A DNA stretch of 64,000 nucleotides from an uncultured Holophagales bacterium (GTDB lineage: Bacteria; Acidobacteriota; Thermoanaerobaculia; Multivoradales; UBA5704). The notes under the pieces were generated by a model that was not told the DNA's origin, did no database searches, and saw only the letters and a list, made by a program, of their open reading frames with translations. The stretch spans positions 192,001-256,000 of the forward strand of contig CAWJGT010000009.1 in assembly GCA_963842525.1 (NCBI GenBank), in the 5' to 3' direction. This document shows, piece by piece, positions 43,017 through 51,701 of the stretch. A program made the translations under genes and the position numbers. Every line of letters starts with the position of its first letter. The first letter of the stretch is position 1.

Positions 43017-44801
43017 ATGAGCGACTCTCAGAGCTTCGCGCACGACGTCGCCGCCCTGACCGAGCTGGCGCAGCGCTTCAGCCAGACCGGCAAGCACGGC
43101 GAGGCGGCCGAGCTGTTCCTCCTCGCCCTCCGCCTGGACCCGAAGAACCTGAGCGTCAAGCTGGCTCTCGCCGAAGCCCGCAAGCTGCAGCGCGAGCAAG
43201 GGGGAGGCAACACCCCGCGGAGCCTGCGCGAGATGCTGCGCGAGAGCCTCCGCCGCGACGCCATCGACGCCGCGCATTTCCTCGGCCTGGCGCACCTGTA
43301 CGCCGAGAAGGGCGAGAACGCCCGCGCCGACGAGTGCCTGGAGGTGGCCCGGGCCAAGTCGCTGGCCAATCCGTCGTACCACAAGCTGCACGGCCGGCTC
43401 CTCTTCCGCCGCAAGGACTTCGACGGCGCGGCCGAGGAGCTCTCCCAGGCGCTGCGTTTCAACCCCTTCGACCGCGAGATCGCCGAGAGCCTGGGACGGT
43501 CCGAGTACGAGCGCAAGCAATACGAGCCCGCGCTGCGGGCCACGGTGCACGCCTTCCTGCTCTCGAACGAGGCCGACGAGGAAGGGATCAAGCGGCTGCG
43601 CCGGCGGATCCAGACCGTGAAACAGATCCTCGGCTGGGGCAACCGCGAGCTGACCCGGCTCTTCCGCGAGCGCCAGGAGCACCTGCACACGGCCTTCGAC
43701 CGGCTGGAGTGGCAGCGCGAGCGCTTCCTGGAGCAGTCCGGCCTGCCGTCGATCAGCACCTTTGCCAGCGCCCCGGCGCCGCGCCGGGAGCGGCAGATCG
43801 GCCAGCTCGAGATGGCGGCGCGCCTGCGGCGCCTGAAGCCCCTGTCGCACTTCTCCGATGAGCAGATCTTCCGCCTCACGCAGGCCGTCGAGGAGGAGGT
43901 GCTGGACGCGGGCGACCAGGTCTTCGCCCACCGTTCGCTGGGGCGCGACCTCTACATCCTGGAGCACGGGGCGATCACCTTCCAGCGCACGACCGGCTAT
44001 GGCACCTTCGTGCTGGGCTCGGTGATCCCGGGAGAGCTGTTCGGCGAGGGCGGCTTCGTCAGCCGGCACGAGCGCTCGGCCGACGCCGTGGCCACGCTGC
44101 CCGGCCAGGTGCTGCGCATCGACGCGGAGGCGCTGGAGCCGGTCCTGGAGGCGTCGCCGGACCTCGGCGTGCAGATCTACTGGACGCTCTGGCACGGCGT
44201 GGCGCGCAAGCTGCGGGCGACCAACGAGCAGCTCAAGGGCTTCTTCTCCGCCGAGGCCGGCCCGGAAGGGTTCCTCCGCCTGCGCCAGCAGCCCACCGGG
44301 GTGGCGGCCTCCGTCAAGGTGGAGGAGAACGACAAGATCCGCCTCTTCCGCGAGCAGGGGATCTCGCGCAAGGAGCTGATCACCCTGGCCGCCTTTTCGC
44401 GGGAGAAGCGCTTCGCCTCCGGCGCCTCGATCTTCCAGGAAGGCGACGCGGGCTCGGAGATGTACGTGATCCTCGAAGGGCGGGCGATGATCAGCAAATT
44501 CATCCCGGGGGCGGGGGAGGAGGCGCTGGCCATCCTGGAGCGCGGCGACTTCTTCGGCGAGATGTCGCTGATCGACGGCGAGCCGCGCTCGGCGGACGCC
44601 CGCGCCTACGGCGGCCCGCTGACCGTCCTCGCCCTGGACCAGGCCACCGTCCACGAGGTGATCGGCATGGACCCCCACGCCGCCCTCGAGTTTCTCCAGC
44701 TCCTCTGCCGCCTCATCGCCAACCGCCTGCGCGAGATCGACGAAAAAGTCATCGGCTGGCGGATCATGTCCGGCGAGAGGAACGAGAGCGCGTCGGCGTA
44801 G
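43017..44801 (+). CDS. TPR protein with tandem cyclic-nucleotide-binding domains
   Basis: N-terminal TPRs; PGELFGE...RSADA and GDFFGEMSL...PRSADA motifs. Confidence 0.88.
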   Translation: MSDSQSFAHDVAALTELAQRFSQTGKHGEAAELFLLALRLDPKNLSVKLALAEARKLQREQGGGNTPRSLREMLRESLRRDAIDAAHFLGLAHLYAEKGENARADECLEVARAKSLANPSYHKLHGRLLFRRKDFDGAAEELSQALRFNPFDREIAESLGRSEYERKQYEPALRATVHAFLLSNEADEEGIKRLRRRIQTVKQILGWGNRELTRLFRERQEHLHTAFDRLEWQRERFLEQSGLPSISTFASAPAPRRERQIGQLEMAARLRRLKPLSHFSDEQIFRLTQAVEEEVLDAGDQVFAHRSLGRDLYILEHGAITFQRTTGYGTFVLGSVIPGELFGEGGFVSRHERSADAVATLPGQVLRIDAEALEPVLEASPDLGVQIYWTLWHGVARKLRATNEQLKGFFSAEAGPEGFLRLRQQPTGVAASVKVEENDKIRLFREQGISRKELITLAAFSREKRFASGASIFQEGDAGSEMYVILEGRAMISKFIPGAGEEALAILERGDFFGEMSLIDGEPRSADARAYGGPLTVLALDQATVHEVIGMDPHAALEFLQLLCRLIANRLREIDEKVIGWRIMSGERNESASA

Positions 44802-44935
44802 CCCGCCTGGAGTACACCCCCCAGGGCCAGGACGCCTACAAGCTTCGTTTCCGCGACGGGCTCGTGACCCATGAAGCGACGGACAGGGACGAGTTCCTGG
44901 CGGTGAAGTAGGAGGGATCTCGGCTTGATCGCCGA

Positions 44936-44967
44936 TTGTGACCTCTTGCGGTAGAATGTAGTCACAA
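44936..44967 (+). promoter_or_regulatory. Probable TA autoregulatory operator overlapping a -10 element
   Basis: TTGTGAC...GTCACAA inverted repeat enclosing TAGAAT, just upstream of the antitoxin RBS. Confidence 0.55.
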
Positions 44968-44976
44968 GGAGGGCTT

Positions 44977-45252
44977 GTGGCCCAGATCACGGTCGGCATT
45001 CGCCAGTTGAAGGAGCAGCTCAGCCACTACATCGAGCAGGTCAAGACTGGCTCCACGGTCGTCATCACCGAGCGGGGGACTCCCGTCGGCCGGATCGTTC
45101 CCGAGGCGCCTTCCCTCGACGAACGTCTCCAGCAGCTTGAGCAGGCGAAGCTTCTCGCCTGGAGCGGCCGGAAGCTTTGCCCCACGGTCCCCACGGTGCG
45201 TGTGCGGGGGCCGAGGACGGTCTCCGAGCTCCTGCTCGAAGACCGGGAATGA
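44977..45252 (+). CDS. Phd/YefM antitoxin
   Basis: VGIRQLKEQLSHY...VITERGTPVGRIVP. Confidence 0.88.
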   Translation: MAQITVGIRQLKEQLSHYIEQVKTGSTVVITERGTPVGRIVPEAPSLDERLQQLEQAKLLAWSGRKLCPTVPTVRVRGPRTVSELLLEDRE

Positions 45253-45719
45253 TCCTCTACCTGGACGCGAGCGCTCTCGTCAAGCGCTATGTTGCAGAGC
45301 CGGGCTCGGAAGAAGTCCTCCGGAGCATCGGTGCGGCGAGCGCAGTCGGGACGGCCGCAGTCAGCCGGGCCGAGGTCGCTGCTGCGCTGGCGAAGTCGGC
45401 CCGCCTCGGCTTGCTCAGCCGCGAAGATGCCGAGGCAGCCCATCAGACCTTCCGTCAGGAATGGCCTGATTTCATCCGCCTCCCGGTGACCGAATTGCTG
45501 CTCGAACAGGCTGCCGGGCTTGCCTGGAACCACGGGCTCCGCGGCTATGACTCCGTGCAATTGGCAGCGGCGGTCTCCTGGCAAGAGGCCCTTGAAGCTT
45601 CCGTTGCTTTCGCCACGTTCGATCGGCACCTGTGGGAAGCCGCGAGCCATGCGGGGCTCACGTCTTTTCCAGCCGACCTGCCGGCCCTCCTGGACGCCTG
45701 GAAAAAACAGGCCCGCTGA
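45249..45719 (+). CDS. vapC: VapC PIN toxin
   Basis: YLDASALVKRY, LRGYDSVQLA and FATFD motifs. Confidence 0.9.
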   Translation: MILYLDASALVKRYVAEPGSEEVLRSIGAASAVGTAAVSRAEVAAALAKSARLGLLSREDAEAAHQTFRQEWPDFIRLPVTELLLEQAAGLAWNHGLRGYDSVQLAAAVSWQEALEASVAFATFDRHLWEAASHAGLTSFPADLPALLDAWKKQAR

Positions 45720-45849
45720 GCGGCTTGGCTGACGCCGTGCGGTCAATTCCCCGGTATGCCCGGGAGCTCTTGGCCCATCCGAAGTGTTTCTTTCTCCTTC
45801 TACCCGTCTTTTTCTCAGCCGTTGTCCTGAACACGCTCCCGGCTTTCCC

Positions 45850-45942
45850 TCACAGCGGTACCGCCCGAACGTTGGTGGCGCCATGAAGGGCGGCTAGCCG
45901 AAGGATCTCGGCCCGCCGTCCCCGCAATTCTTCGATCCTCAT
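45850..45942 (-). pseudogene. N-terminal remnant of an MNT nucleotidyltransferase antitoxin
   Basis: Manual translation MRIEELRGRRAEILRLAALHGATNVR ends before the expected VFGS motif. Confidence 0.6.
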
Positions 45943-46106
45943 ACTCCATGTCCTCCAGGCGCCGCGGTGTTGCGCCGCGACAATAGCTTATACGATGCGT
46001 CAGCATGCCCCCCATCAAGCTCATTCTCCTGCACTCTAGGAAGTAGGGCGGCTCCTCCGTCCCGTGTTGGGACGTGAGCGGATGCCTCGCCCGAAAGGAG
46101 CTCAGG

Positions 46107-46223
46107 ATGATCGGCTTGCTCGCCAGTCTGTTCGGCGGTCTGTGGGAGGCCCTTGCCAGTCTCTCCCAGGCCACAGAAGCGGGATCGGGAGACCGGGGCC
46201 AGCAGATGGATCCGGATGGGTAG
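46107..46223 (+). CDS. 38-aa single-core DPxG peptide (not in the ORF track)
   Basis: AAAGGAG RBS; MIGLLASLFGGLWEALASLSQATEAGSGDRGQQMDPDG*; same terminal motif and Trp helix as 20314-20694. Confidence 0.75.
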   Translation: MIGLLASLFGGLWEALASLSQATEAGSGDRGQQMDPDG

Positions 46224-46335
46224 GTGACATGCCTTTGGTGCCGGCGCTGCTCCCTGCGGCGCCGGCATCCCTGGTCTCCAGGGCCTCTCTTGCGGTAAAA
46301 TGTCGCCGATAGACGGCACGCGAGAGGAGAGATCG

Positions 46336-47646
46336 ATGGCGGACATCCATCTGACCCGGGAGATGCTGCGCGCCGTGCTCCGCGGCGAGTTGCCAGCGCG
46401 GATCATCTCCCAGATCGGCCTGCAACACCTGATGAGTCTCTGCCCTTCCTGCCGGCAGGAGGTCGAGGCGTTCCGGCACGAGCAGACGGCCGGGGCTCCG
46501 GCCGCCTACAGCCGGACGTTCGAAGTCCTCCCGGCCCTTCTCGAGGACCAGGTGACGCGGCTGGAGGGCGAGCAACGGCAGGCCCGGCGGGATCTCTCCG
46601 AGCTGCTCCGGCTCCCGCGCGAGCGGCGGGCCGGCCGCGTGGAGCGGGCACGAGGCCGCTTTCGCAGCGCGGCCCTCGTGCGCCTTTTGATCGAGGAAAG
46701 CCAGAAGCACATTCCCAAGGGGCCGGAGGAGGCTCTCCATCTCGCCGAGCTGGCCCGGACGGTGGCCAATGCCAATCCCCGCATGCCGGAATTCTTTGAC
46801 CTCACTGTGCTTGCGACCGCGCACATCGCGAACGCCTGCCGGGTCGGCGAGACGCCGCGCAAGGCCGAAGAGCACTTCCTTTATGCACGGCAGGTCATCC
46901 AGCAGCACGGTGTCACCGATCCCGAGGTCCTCGCCCGTGTGGACGACCTTGAAGGCTCGCTGCGCAAGGACCAGCGCCTGTTCGAGAAGGCCGAGGAGCT
47001 TCTGACGCGCGCCGCGATGCTCTACCGCCTGGTGCACGCCCGCGTCCTCATCAAGCTTGGGACGGTCTATGACCTGCGCGGCGATTTTCAGGCTGCGATC
47101 GAGACGACGCAGTCGGCTCTAGACATGCTGCCGCCGGAGAGCGAGCCACGGCTGTATCTGTGTGGCCGCTACAATCTGGCGTGCCAACTCTTCTCGGCAG
47201 GCCGACCCGAGGAGGCGGACGAGATCCTGCGGGCGGATGAGGATCTCTACCGGCGTGACCCGGACCCGTGGACGCAGATCCGGCTCACCTGGCTGCGCGG
47301 CAACCTCGCCGAGGCGCGGGGGGAGGCCGGGCCGGCCGAGCAGGCCTACCGCGGCGCGCGGGACGGCTTCATTGCCCAGGGATGCGGTTACGATGCCGCG
47401 CTCGTTTCGATGGATCTGGCGCTCCTCTCTCTGCGCCAGGGCCGCACCGACAGCGTCCGGCGGCTCGCTGAGGAGATGGTCCCGATCCTGGCGGCCCAGG
47501 ACGTGCACCGCGAGGCGCTCGCCGCCTTGGTGCTTTTCCAGGACGCCGCACGCCGGAACGAGCTCACGATCGGCAAGGTCCGCGAGATCGCGGCCTCTCT
47601 GCGGGAGAGTCGAGGGAGCCGGGCGCGGCCGGCGGTGTCATCCTGA
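46336..47646 (+). CDS. TPR-like protein with an N-terminal HxxxxCxxC motif
   Basis: QHLMSLCPSCRQEV followed by TPR-like repeats; paralog of 18814-20190. Confidence 0.82.
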   Translation: MADIHLTREMLRAVLRGELPARIISQIGLQHLMSLCPSCRQEVEAFRHEQTAGAPAAYSRTFEVLPALLEDQVTRLEGEQRQARRDLSELLRLPRERRAGRVERARGRFRSAALVRLLIEESQKHIPKGPEEALHLAELARTVANANPRMPEFFDLTVLATAHIANACRVGETPRKAEEHFLYARQVIQQHGVTDPEVLARVDDLEGSLRKDQRLFEKAEELLTRAAMLYRLVHARVLIKLGTVYDLRGDFQAAIETTQSALDMLPPESEPRLYLCGRYNLACQLFSAGRPEEADEILRADEDLYRRDPDPWTQIRLTWLRGNLAEARGEAGPAEQAYRGARDGFIAQGCGYDAALVSMDLALLSLRQGRTDSVRRLAEEMVPILAAQDVHREALAALVLFQDAARRNELTIGKVREIAASLRESRGSRARPAVSS

Positions 47647-47691
47647 GCGAAGCGTTGGGCGTGGATGCCTTCCGGGCCCCGTGGGACCGAG

Positions 47692-48005
47692 CCAGAAAAT
47701 TTGGAACCGGTCCAGAAAATTTGGTAGCCGTTCCAAATTTCCTGGAACCGCTGCGGAAAATTTGGCAGGCGTTCCAGAATCCGTGGAACCCGTCCAGAAA
47801 ATTTGGCACGCGTGCCAAATTTCGTGGAACCGATCCAGGAATTTTGGCAGGCATCCAGAAAATTTGGAACCGGTTCCAAATTTCGTGGAACCGGTCCAGA
47901 AAATTTGGCAGGCGTTGCAGGTTTCATGGCATCGATCCAGAAAATTTGGAACGCGTTGCGGATCTTTCTGGATCGGTTCAGATTTTTTTGGCACGGGTTC
48001 CAGGT
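47692..48005. repeat. Array of about 15 quasi-palindromic CCA-(A/T-rich)-TGG units with 20/21-bp period
   Basis: Unit starts at 47692, 47712, 47733, 47753, 47774, 47794, 47815, 47835, 47855, 47876, 47896, 47917 and 47937. Confidence 0.9.
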
Positions 48006-48017
48006 GACTCGGGAGGG

Positions 48018-48053
48018 AAAAAGGGGAGGGGGCGGATGGCAGTCGCCCCCTCC
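48018..48053 (-). terminator. Intrinsic terminator
   Basis: GGAGGGGGCG/CGCCCCCTCC stem with a T-run on the minus strand, after 48063. Confidence 0.6.
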
Positions 48054-48062
48054 GGAGAGGAG

Positions 48063-48482
48063 CTACTTCACGGTGTCAGGGGTGGAGGCCGGTCTCAGCG
48101 CTTCGACCAGCTCGGCTTCGGGTTCCGGCTCGGGCGTGGTCGGGGCCGGTGCAGTCGTCCGCTTCTTGCCGCGGAACGGCTCGATCCCGAACTCGATCAG
48201 CATCTCGCTGTCAGCGCCATAGTGCTCGCGGATGCCGGTGCGCACGAGGTCCGCGATGACGTTGCCGGAACGCAGGACCTCCATCAGCCTCTTCGTCGTC
48301 TCCTGCTTGCTGGCTCTGTAGGCTCCCTGCTCGTTGTAGAGGGACCGGGCCTGGCCCAGGTGCACGTCGAGCCTCGCGCAGAAGGTCCCGAGGTCCTCAA
48401 GCTCGGACTCATGGGCCTTCACGGCCGCCGAGGTCTGCTCCCATCCATTGGTGATGTTCATGTAGCGCTTGACAGAGGGCAT
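48063..48482 (-). CDS. Helical hypothetical protein with a Pro/Thr-rich tail
   Basis: AAGGAG RBS; coiled-coil-like body; YGADSEMLIEFGIEPFR motif. Confidence 0.75.
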   Translation of the reverse strand: MPSVKRYMNITNGWEQTSAAVKAHESELEDLGTFCARLDVHLGQARSLYNEQGAYRASKQETTKRLMEVLRSGNVIADLVRTGIREHYGADSEMLIEFGIEPFRGKKRTTAPAPTTPEPEPEAELVEALRPASTPDTVK

Positions 48483-48714
48483 CTTCGTCTCCTTTCTGGA
48501 GAAAACTCCGGCATCGGGATGATGCCGGAATGTCTGTATCGCGTTCGCTTCTCTCGACTCCCGTTCGTCTTCATGAGCGTGGTAGACTGTTCATATGGAC
48601 TTTGCAAGATCAACTGATGCGGATCATGCACCATAGTGTCCATGGTGTCAACCCCCGTCTCCCATCCTGTCGACCGTATTGGGATAGAATTTCTCCAAGT
48701 CCTGGCAATTGAAG

Positions 48715-49190
48715 ATGACGAAGATCCCGAGGAGCCTGGAGGAGGCGCTGCGCGACGGACGGGTGATCCCGTTCGTGGGGGCCGGCGTGTCCATGGCCGT
48801 GGAGCGCGCCGGGGGTGGACGGATCTTCCCGAGCTGTAAGCAGCTCCTGCTGGACGGCGCGGCGCGCCTGGAGCGGGAGGGCAGGAACGCCAACGTGGTG
48901 CGCGGCCTCGTCGAAGACGACCCGCCGGACTACCTGCAGGCGGCCAAGAAGCTACGCGACAAGCTCGGTCCTCTGTGGGGCGCTTTCTTGAAAGATGCGA
49001 TCGACGTCTCCCGCGCGGAGGTCTCCGACGGGAGCCTTGCGCTCGCGCAAGCGGTATGGCGCCTCGGCAGCCGCCTCGTCATCACCACCAACTACGACCG
49101 GGTCCTCCGGTGGGCCTGTCCCGATGCGTGGCGCGACGACCTCAAGAGCTGGGACGTCAACGCCCCTGCCGAGCAGGCCGAGTACCTCGT
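48715..49190 (+). pseudogene. Truncated SIR2-like (SIR2_2) domain protein
   Basis: VIPFVGAGVS and VITTNYD motifs; the HG motif and C-terminus are missing. Confidence 0.75.
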
Positions 49191-49475
49191 CCGGCTCGTC
49201 AACCTTCGGCAGAGGACGTGGCACCCAGATGAGCTGCGACCGCGCCTGGCCGCGCGCCAGCCGCACCTGTTCCTGGGGATAGGTGGCCTCCGGCTTGCCG
49301 TCGACCTCCCGGCCGGCGTAGCCGTCGAGCAGGTGGACCGAGAGCCGCGCCCGCTCAGACCGTTGCCGCAGGAGCCCCAGGCGGTGCTCCTCGACGGCCA
49401 TCCCAAGGACGAGAACGTGCTCGGCGAGGTCGAATGTTCGCCTGGCACCTATCTGGGCACGGTGGACGGCCTTCC

Positions 49476-49587
49476 CCTGGGACCGCGGGCGTCCCGCCCG
49501 CGCGGATTCCCAGCGACCGGCGAGTTGGCGTTAATCCTGGACGACCCAAGCCCAAGGAGGGTGGGCGGACGCCCGCGGTCCCAGGGA
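49476..49587. repeat. REPIN-like inverted pair
   Basis: CCCTGGGACCGCGGGCGTCC ... GGACGCCCGCGGTCCCAGGG; a related unit lies at about 10337-10363. Confidence 0.7.
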
Positions 49588-49730
49588 GAACCGACGACAA
49601 GGAGCGGCGAGGGTTGCCAGAGGTGCCGGAATGTTCCGGAATGTTCGGCTGATGATCCTCTAGAAGGCTCCTCCCTTCTGACGAGCCGCGATAGGCTCGT
49701 CGGGAGACCAATCCCTGAAAGGAGGAGCGC

Positions 49731-50747
49731 ATGGGACTTTACTGTGGAATCGACTTGCATTCAACCAACAGCTATCTCGTGGTGATGAACGAGCAACTGC
49801 AATCGGTCCTCAGCAGGCGGGTGGCCAACCGTCTGGAGGCGGTCCTGGAATCCCTGGAGCCCTTCCGAGAGCAGATCCAGGCGACCGCCGTGGAGTCCAC
49901 CTTCAACTGGTACTGGTTGGTGGATGGCCTCATGGAGGCCGGCTACGAGGTTCGCTTGGTCAACACCTCCGCTGTCCGCCAGTACGAGGGCTTGAAGTAC
50001 GTCGATGACCGCCATGACGCGCGGTGGTTGGCGCGCCTGCTCCACCTCAACATTCTGCCCACCGGCCACATCTATCCGAAAAAGGAGCGCGCGGTGCGAG
50101 ATCTACTGCGCCGCCGAACCTTTCTGGTGCGACAGCGCACCGCCAGCTTGCTGAGCGTCAAAAATGTTTTCTCTCGCTACACCGGGGTTCAAGTTTCCCT
50201 CAACGAGCTCAAGCGCATGACGGCCGAGCAGGTCGAGGAGCAGTTCACGGACCCACACATCGCCTTGACGATCACGAGCAGCCTGGCGATCGCCCGCACC
50301 CTGAAAGACCAAATCTCTGGCATCGAGAAAGCTGTCCTCAAACAAGCCAGGCTGAGGCCCGAATTCGAGCTGCTCGAGAGCATTCCCGGCATCGGTCTGA
50401 CCCTTGCCCTGACCATCATGTACGAGACGGGATCCATCGCTCGCTTTGCCGAGGCCGGCCACTTCTCCTCCTACTGCCGCTGTGTACCCAGCCAGCACCT
50501 CAGCAACGGCAAGGTCAAGGGCTCGGGTAACGTGCGCAATGGCAACCCGTACCTGTCCTGGGCGTTCACAGAGGCCTCTCACTTCGCCATCCGGTTCGAG
50601 CCTCTCGCCAAGCGTCTCTACGAGCGCAAGCGGGCCAGGACCAATGAGTTGGTCGCCCTGCGGACGATCTCGAACAAGCTGACTCGTGCCGCGTTCTACA
50701 TCCTGCGCGACCAGGTGCCGTTCCGGTCGGCGCAAGCTTTCGGTTGA
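49731..50747 (+). CDS. IS110 family DEDD recombinase/transposase
   Basis: YCGIDLH, AVEST, DDRHDA, SIPGIG and SYCRCVP...SNGK motifs. Confidence 0.93.
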   Translation: MGLYCGIDLHSTNSYLVVMNEQLQSVLSRRVANRLEAVLESLEPFREQIQATAVESTFNWYWLVDGLMEAGYEVRLVNTSAVRQYEGLKYVDDRHDARWLARLLHLNILPTGHIYPKKERAVRDLLRRRTFLVRQRTASLLSVKNVFSRYTGVQVSLNELKRMTAEQVEEQFTDPHIALTITSSLAIARTLKDQISGIEKAVLKQARLRPEFELLESIPGIGLTLALTIMYETGSIARFAEAGHFSSYCRCVPSQHLSNGKVKGSGNVRNGNPYLSWAFTEASHFAIRFEPLAKRLYERKRARTNELVALRTISNKLTRAAFYILRDQVPFRSAQAFG

Positions 50748-51190
50748 TTCAGGTGGGGGACAGGGAGCCTGCAATAGGTGCTGGGCGAAAGAACCCTCCG
50801 TGGCTGATTGGCCTCTGTCTTCCACCGTTTTTGGCTCTTTTGTCGGAGATGCGCCCAGGTCGTGAGCCCGAATGTGCTGGCACCTCTGAACCCTCCTTCG
50901 GGGGGAGGAGGTAGCCTTATTGGTTGTCCTGAACCTTGGACACGAACCTGGAACCGAAGATTTTCTGGGGGCACGCAAACCGTGCCAGGGGCGGGTCGGA
51001 GCCGTCACCGGCTCCGACCCGCCTTGATCCCGATGGGTGGCTGGTGCGGATCTCCGCACCTGAAGCACAGCGAGACTACGGGCGCGCAAACCCGACACGG
51101 GAGCACATCTTGCCGGAACGAGCCGTTCTTGAAACGAACACTCCCGGGAGGGAGACGTGTGGGTCGTTGACAAGAGCCTTCTAATGGGTG
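50748..51190 (+). ncRNA. Putative bridge/seek RNA
   Basis: Hairpin GGTGGGGGACAG...CTGTCTTCCACC with internal-loop segments AATAGGTGC and GTGGCTG matching the target; ATGGGTG matches the donor end. Confidence 0.7.
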
Positions 51191-51506
51191 TGCTGGCACC
51201 TCTGAACCCTCCTTCGGGGGGAGGAGGTAGCCTTATTGGTTGTCCTGAACCTTGGACACGAACCTGGAACCGAAGATTTTCTGGGGGCACGCAAACCGTG
51301 CCAGGGGCGGGTCGGAGCCGTCACCGGCTCCGACCCGCCTTGATCCCGATGGGTGGCTGGTGCGGATCTCCGCACCTGAAGCACAGCGAGACTACGGGCG
51401 CGCAAACCCGACACGGGAGCACATCTTGCCGGAACGAGCCGTTCTTGAAACGAACACTCCCGGGAGGGAGACGTGTGGGTCGTTGACAAGAGCCTTCTAA
51501 TGGGTG
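50875..51506. repeat. 316-bp tandem duplication (50875-51190, 51191-51506)
   Basis: Apparently identical copies, each preceded by TG and ending in ATGGGTG. Confidence 0.93.
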
Positions 51507-51517
51507 GCACCTATTCT

Positions 51518-51633
51518 CCTCGGCAGCCGCCTCGTCATCACCACCAACTATGACCAGGCCCTCAGATGGGCCTGTCCCGAAGCGGGACGCGACGACCTCA
51601 AGATCTGGGACGTCAACGCCCCTGCCGAGCAGG
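51518..51633 (+). pseudogene. Diverged 116-bp SIR2 fragment
   Basis: LGSRLVITTNYDQALRWACP; paralog of 49062-49177. Confidence 0.8.
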
Positions 51634-51701
51634 AATGTTCGGCAGGCACCTATTCGGGCAGAAGGAGCGCCGGAAGCGTGGCCGAGCATAAACCAATTGA
51701 T

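Larger units (their letters stand above)
49652..51506 (+). mobile_element. IS110-family (IS1111-type) element with a duplicated right end
   Basis: TG core at both junctions; subterminal IRs TAGAAGGCTC/GAGCCTTCTA; long 3' noncoding region; the flanks reconstitute GAATGTTCGGCTGGCACCTATTC. Confidence 0.88.

Noticed and set aside
22109-44999. Long antisense ORFs (22109-23722, 24656-26941, 33572-35668, 42906-44999)
   Set aside because: Shadow frames of well-supported genes, expected from high-GC codon bias.
47388-48617. ORFs crossing the 20/21-bp array
   Set aside because: The period is not a multiple of 3 and the same peptide words recur in every frame on both strands; this is a repeat artefact.
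48709-49785. 358-aa ORF as a complete SIR2 defence protein
   Set aside because: Similarity ends near 49190; the remainder runs through unrelated fragments, REP-like repeats and the IS left end.
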